Below are positions 59,322 to 64,000 of a DNA stretch of 64,000 bases, piece by piece. Below the pieces are notes generated by a model. The model was not told where the DNA came from and did not search any database. It saw nothing but the letters and a program-made list of their open reading frames with translations. Position numbers and translations under genes: made by a program. Origin of the DNA: Bacteroidota bacterium (lineage in GTDB: Bacteria > Bacteroidota > Bacteroidia > AKYH767-A > JABDAW01); contig JABDAW010000002.1 in the NCBI GenBank assembly GCA_013288905.1, forward strand, positions 3,265 through 67,264. Direction: 5' to 3'. How positions within the stretch are numbered: position 1 is the first letter of the stretch; each line of letters starts with the position of its first letter.

Positions 59322-62300
59322 TTAATTCGGACTGTGAATACTATGATTGCTTACTAATGTAATGATCTTTTTATACAGAATGTTTTCATCAACAGGCTTT
59401 GCCACGTAGTCATTCATGCCATCCTCCTTACATTTGTCAAAATCCATGTTGGTAACGTCTGCTGTCAATGCAATGATGGGCACTTGCGATTTTGGCGAAG
59501 GCATCTCATTACGGATGATTTTTGTGGCTTCGTATCCATCCATTTCAGGCATGTGAAGATCCATCAACACCAGATCAAAATGATTCTCCTTAATCTTCTC
59601 TATCGCTATCTTTCCATTCTCAGCAACATCTTGCTGGCAGCCTAAGTCATGCAATAATTTCTTTATCAATAGCTGGTTGAATTCATTATCTTCGACCACC
59701 AGGATATTAATATTCTTCATCTCGAACTCCAAGTATTCTTCCTCCTTGATCTTCTCTTCCATGTCAGTAATATCACCCTTTTTGAAGGTCAGAACAAAGC
59801 TAAATGTGGAGCCTTCATCCAACTTACTTTCCAGCTTAATAGTACCGCCCTGCGCCTCCACCAATTGTTTCACAATGGCAAGCCCCAAACCGGTTCCGCC
59901 ATAAGTTCTCGATGTAGAACTTGATGCCTGCTGGAACTTCTCAAAGATAGTCTCCAGCTTATCTTCCGGTATTCCGATGCCGGTATCCTTCACATAGAAT
60001 TCTATCGAAACATAGTCATTTACTTCCTTCAATAAGTGAATGCCGACCGTTATCTTTCCTTTGGAAGTAAACTTAACGGCGTTGCTGATAAGGTTTAAAA
60101 TAATCTGATGAAGCCTCATCGGATCGCCGATTACTATTTCCGGAATTCTGGAATCAAAAACTTTTATCAGCTTCAAATGCTTCTCCTCAATCTTATTCTC
60201 ATACAACAGCATCATTGTGGAAATGGAAGTCTCCAAATCAAATGGAATGCGCTCGAATGTCATCTTCCCGGATTCAACTTTTGCGAGGTCAAGAATGTCA
60301 TCAATCAACACCAGCAATGTATCTCCTGATACTTTTATCGCATCAAGATATTGCTTCTGTTTCTCGGTCATCCTGGTTTTCAGAAGCACTTTCGTGAAGC
60401 CAATAATTGCATTCATCGGGGTCCTGATCTCATGACTCATATTCGACAAGAACTGTTGCTTGGCTCTTGCAGCTTCTTCAGCTCTGTGCAATTCAGTTAT
60501 CGTTTCGATACGTTCTGTAATATCCTGGTTAGTGCCAGCCAGCTTGATCACTTCGCCTTTGTCATCCAGGTAAACTTCGCCAAGCGTATTCAATACCTTC
60601 ACCTCATTATTCCAGGTCTTGATGCGGTAATCGAAGTTAAATGATTTCTTTTCTTTAATGGCATTTGCCATAGTATTCCGAATAATATCGCGGTCCACTT
60701 CATAATTAAACTGCGCCAAATGATCACTGGTCAATGGCACTTCGCCAGGCTCGAAACCATATATCTTATACAACTGATCAGACCATGTTATTGCTCCTGT
60801 CTTGACATCAACTTCCCAGTTTCCCATCTTCGACAACTCCTGCGCTTCCTTCAATTGCTTGATAGATGCGTTGATCTTTTCTTCTGCAAACTTCCGCTCG
60901 GTGACATCCTGAACAGAACAGGAAATCTTTTCCCCATCACCCTTATCATCCGTAGCGACTTCGCCTACTACATAAAGATATTTCAATGCTCCATACCTGT
61001 CATTAATACGAATATCAAAATTGAAAGATGCTTTTTCAGCAACAGCTTTCTCATAGATTTCATTTGACATCTTTCTATCTTCAGGATGAATATAATCGTT
61101 TAGCTTTCCATAGAATAAATGAATCTCATGAGGCTCGAAACCATAGATGCGAAGAAGCTCGTCGGAGTAGCTGGGTTTCTTTGTTTTCAAATCCATTTCC
61201 CAACTGCCGATATGCGCCAACTCCTGCGAATCGGATAATTGCTTAACGGTTTCACTTAGTTTTTCCTCTGCCAATTTCCTTCTGGTAATATCCTGTGCCG
61301 CACCGGTAATCTTCAAAGGATTGCCCTTGGCATCCGTCATTACTTCGCACATCACATTCAGGATTTTCAATTCGCCTGCCATATTTGTGATGCGTGTTTC
61401 GTATTGGAATGGCTGCTTATCATCTATCGCATGAACGATATTCATCAGCCTTAATTCCGAATCAATATTCAAGCGATTGAGCTCTTTGAATTGAATCTTC
61501 GTGCCGACTTCCATTCCATAAATCTTATACAATTCGTCAGAGAAAATAATCTCCCTCGTCTTGAAATCCATCTCGAAGTTCCCTATATGAGCGCGTTCCT
61601 GTGCCTGCTGCAATTGATGCAACGTATGATTGAGCTTCTCTTCATTCGCTTTCCGTTGTGTAATATCCTGCGATGAAGCAAACAGGTGAGTTGGATTGCC
61701 ATCCTTATCGCAGATGATTTCGCACATCACATTCATGTCTCGTATCTGTCCTTTCTTGTTGATTATTCGCGTCTCATATTCAAATGGTTCCTTCCTCGCA
61801 ATAGCCTTCTTCAGCAGCTCTCTTCTCCCTTCATCATCGGTATTCATGCTGGCTACTTCATCATAATTAACTACCGAATCTGGCTCCAGCCCAAAGATGC
61901 GATACATCTCATCAGAGAATTTAAGTTCCTTAGTAGCAAGATTTAATTCCGAAGAACCGATATGCGCCCTCGCCTGTGCCAGCTCCAATTGTTTATTAGT
62001 CTTTTGAATCACTTCCTCATTCTTTTTCCTGTCGGTAATATCCTGAACAGTAGCAAACAGGTGTGTCGCATTCCCATTCTCATCGGTAATCACCTCGAAT
62101 ATACTATAATTATATCGCGGAATTCCTTTGGCATTAATTATCAGGGTTTCATATTCAAAAGGTTGCTTATCGGTGAGGAGTTTCTTCATCCTTTCTTCTC
62201 TGCCCTCTTGATTGGTATTCATCATGGCGAGCGTTTCATAATTCAATGGAGAGCCAATCTCCAGCCCGAAGATGCGATACAATTCATCAGAGAATTTCAA

Positions 62301-63230
62301 CTCCTTAGTCTTCAGATCAAATTCCAAAGTGCCGATATGCGCACGCTCCTGCGCTGTCTGAAGATCTTTTAATGTCTTATTTATCCTGTCTTCCGTGGCT
62401 TTCCGTTCGGTAACATCTTTTAATGCGCCATATCTCTTCACCGCGATTCCATTTTCATCAGCCAAAATATTCCCCCACATTTCAAGCACCTTATGTTCGC
62501 CTTTCTCACTGATGATGCGGTATTCGCTATGATAAGGAATCTGTTTTTCGGTAGCATTATTAATCACTTCTTCGAGATGTTTCCTGTCATCAGGATGCAC
62601 ATATTTCGTGTATTCACTCTTAGGCATTGGCGAATCCGGCTCCAAGCCATATATCTTATAAAGCTCATCAGACCAGAAGACTTCGCGGGTTATCAAATTC
62701 GTTTCAAAATTGCCGATATGAGCCAGACGTTGCGCTTCATTCAACTGATTCAGGGTCGTACTCAATTTATCTTCCACCTTCCTCTGGATATTATCGAAGG
62801 TCTGGAACGAAATCTTTCGCATCTCGGTATAAAGCAGATTAATGTCATTAACAATGCCCAATGCCTCCTCCATATCAGTCGCAAATTGAGGAATAAAATG
62901 TTGCATCGCCCTCACCTGGGCAGCATAAACCAGCACCAGATCCATGACCTTGATGTCGCGGTTAGAATACCCTCCCTCCAGCTTATCGGATTCCCAAAGT
63001 AATGAACGTTTCCTGGAATCTTCCAACAGGGTCCCATTTATTATAGGGTCGAATAAATTGGAAATCGTCGTTTTCATACTCATCTGAACCAATTCCTCAT
63101 CGGTATATTTAGGAATTAATTTCATCAACGGCACATCCATCGTTTTGATGACCTCAATCTGGTAGCGGACGAATTCCTCCAGATGTCCTTCCTTCAAAAA
63201 TGCAACGTAATCCTGTAAAGTTCTCTTCAT
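59322..63230 (-). CDS. Hybrid sensor histidine kinase with about nine tandem PAS/PAC domains, HisKA, HATPase_c and a C-terminal receiver domain
   Basis: Repeated PAS cores (..AHIG.(F|W)E.D..T...(F|Y)SDE(L|M)Y(R|K)I(F|Y)G..). H-box LSNMSHEIRTPMNAIIGF. G-boxes (..DTGIGI.., GGTGLGLAI). Receiver ..LVLMDLHMPEMDGYEAT... Confidence 0.85.
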   Translation of the reverse strand: MKRTLQDYVAFLKEGHLEEFVRYQIEVIKTMDVPLMKLIPKYTDEELVQMSMKTTISNLFDPIINGTLLEDSRKRSLLWESDKLEGGYSNRDIKVMDLVLVYAAQVRAMQHFIPQFATDMEEALGIVNDINLLYTEMRKISFQTFDNIQRKVEDKLSTTLNQLNEAQRLAHIGNFETNLITREVFWSDELYKIYGLEPDSPMPKSEYTKYVHPDDRKHLEEVINNATEKQIPYHSEYRIISEKGEHKVLEMWGNILADENGIAVKRYGALKDVTERKATEDRINKTLKDLQTAQERAHIGTLEFDLKTKELKFSDELYRIFGLEIGSPLNYETLAMMNTNQEGREERMKKLLTDKQPFEYETLIINAKGIPRYNYSIFEVITDENGNATHLFATVQDITDRKKNEEVIQKTNKQLELAQARAHIGSSELNLATKELKFSDEMYRIFGLEPDSVVNYDEVASMNTDDEGRRELLKKAIARKEPFEYETRIINKKGQIRDMNVMCEIICDKDGNPTHLFASSQDITQRKANEEKLNHTLHQLQQAQERAHIGNFEMDFKTREIIFSDELYKIYGMEVGTKIQFKELNRLNIDSELRLMNIVHAIDDKQPFQYETRITNMAGELKILNVMCEVMTDAKGNPLKITGAAQDITRRKLAEEKLSETVKQLSDSQELAHIGSWEMDLKTKKPSYSDELLRIYGFEPHEIHLFYGKLNDYIHPEDRKMSNEIYEKAVAEKASFNFDIRINDRYGALKYLYVVGEVATDDKGDGEKISCSVQDVTERKFAEEKINASIKQLKEAQELSKMGNWEVDVKTGAITWSDQLYKIYGFEPGEVPLTSDHLAQFNYEVDRDIIRNTMANAIKEKKSFNFDYRIKTWNNEVKVLNTLGEVYLDDKGEVIKLAGTNQDITERIETITELHRAEEAARAKQQFLSNMSHEIRTPMNAIIGFTKVLLKTRMTEKQKQYLDAIKVSGDTLLVLIDDILDLAKVESGKMTFERIPFDLETSISTMMLLYENKIEEKHLKLIKVFDSRIPEIVIGDPMRLHQIILNLISNAVKFTSKGKITVGIHLLKEVNDYVSIEFYVKDTGIGIPEDKLETIFEKFQQASSSTSRTYGGTGLGLAIVKQLVEAQGGTIKLESKLDEGSTFSFVLTFKKGDITDMEEKIKEEEYLEFEMKNINILVVEDNEFNQLLIKKLLHDLGCQQDVAENGKIAIEKIKENHFDLVLMDLHMPEMDGYEATKIIRNEMPSPKSQVPIIALTADVTNMDFDKCKEDGMNDYVAKPVDENILYKKIITLVSNHSIHSPN

Positions 63231-63320
63231 TTCATACTATTAATAATGTAGATTGATATTATAAACATATAAATTTTGAAAAATCATTGTTGTAAAAGTG
63301 ATTTGCTGGCGAATACAAAT

Positions 63321-63427
63321 CCTTACTATGTACATAGTAGCGACTAACATGTACATAGTAGCGGCTAACATGTACATAGTAGCGACTAGTATGTGCATGT
63401 TAGCGGCTAACATGTATATAGTAGTCA
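63321..63427. repeat. 21-bp-period tandem array (ctaacatgtacatagtagcgR x5)
   Basis: Direct reading. ~90 bp upstream of the hybrid kinase start. The ORFs 63240-63584 and 63298-63612 are artefacts. Confidence 0.8.
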
Positions 63428-63627
63428 TTTTTATCAAATTCCTGAAGGTTTTTCTGCCATCAGGTTTAATACTATCTTTAAAAAAAGGGTCGGGATTACA
63501 ATTTGTAATTAACTTGTGTGTTGTATTTCCAGAAATATTGGACAAACTGCTCCCGACCACCATGCCTTGTTGTTTTGTTGTCATTATATTAATGTTCTAC
63601 GAAATCATTTAATAAAAGTTAATTCTA

Positions 63628-64000
63628 TTAATCAGAAAAGAAGCGGTCTAAAACTTCATCCAGCATCTCTCTTGACAGCGGCTTGCTTTTGAAATCCCTC
63701 ACCTCCTCGATGCTATGTGCCTTTTCCTTATCCGCCGGATTGACGGAAGTCGAAAGCATGATGACTACCACCTCAGCCTTTTGGTCGGGGTTTAACAATT
63801 TATATTCCTCCAGGAACTCCCAGCCATTCATCTTCGGCATGTTAATATCCAGGAAAATAAGTTCCGGAATATCCTTACCTTTCTTGAGATATTCCAATGC
63901 CTCGGTGCCGCTTTCAGCCACTTGAATCTTGTGGCAGACATCTGCTCTTTTCAGCACAATCTGATGAATGAAGTTGTCGTCTTCGTTGTCATCAATGAGC
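63628..64000 (-). CDS. Single-domain response regulator (CheY-like receiver), 5' end beyond the window
   Basis: ..LIDDNEDD..ELIFLDINMPKMNGWEFLEE... The reading frame continues past position 64000. Confidence 0.7.
   Translation of the reverse strand, partial: LIDDNEDDNFIHQIVLKRADVCHKIQVAESGTEALEYLKKGKDIPELIFLDINMPKMNGWEFLEEYKLLNPDQKAEVVVIMLSTSVNPADKEKAHSIEEVRDFKSKPLSREMLDEVLDRFFSD

Overview
This window looks like a chromosomal segment from a low-GC Bacteroidota genome. Three things point that way: several proteins carry type-IX-secretion C-terminal sorting domains, gene starts are preceded by the Bacteroidetes 'TAnnTTTG' -7 promoter box, and the primary sigma factor is a short ~287-aa RpoD. 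It carries ordinary housekeeping genes: gltX, purE, rng, HU, nuoD, ubiX, queG, tRNA-Ser, a long GAPDH, rpoD, htrA, prfA, tatA, gatA. Accessory content includes three T9SS cargo proteins, a DUF1501/DUF1800 pair, a CDF metal transporter, a di-heme cytochrome c, a GWxTD protein, a GT2 glycosyltransferase, an M23 peptidase, a TMTC-like TPR membrane protein, an MscS channel and a PAS-rich hybrid histidine kinase with a separate Hpt protein and receiver. Two things stand out. (1) A three-gene minus-strand cassette at 53024-58352: an unknown 321-aa protein followed by two overlapping paralogous ~710-730-aa proteins, each with N-terminal YD/MORN-like beta repeats fused to a classical C-terminal AAA+ ATPase. 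I cannot assign it to a known system. (2) Intergenic regions are unusually long (0.4-1.5 kb each) and densely repetitive. At least seven distinct tandem arrays share a strict 21-bp (or 2x21 = 42-bp) period. There are many long near-perfect palindromes whose arms are built from short direct repeats. There are two copies of a nested-palindrome MITE-like element and three copies of a ~55-bp REP-like element. Fragments of T9SS C-terminal domains are scattered around a decayed RelE/ParE toxin-antitoxin locus. I found no CRISPR array, transposase, integrase or rRNA.
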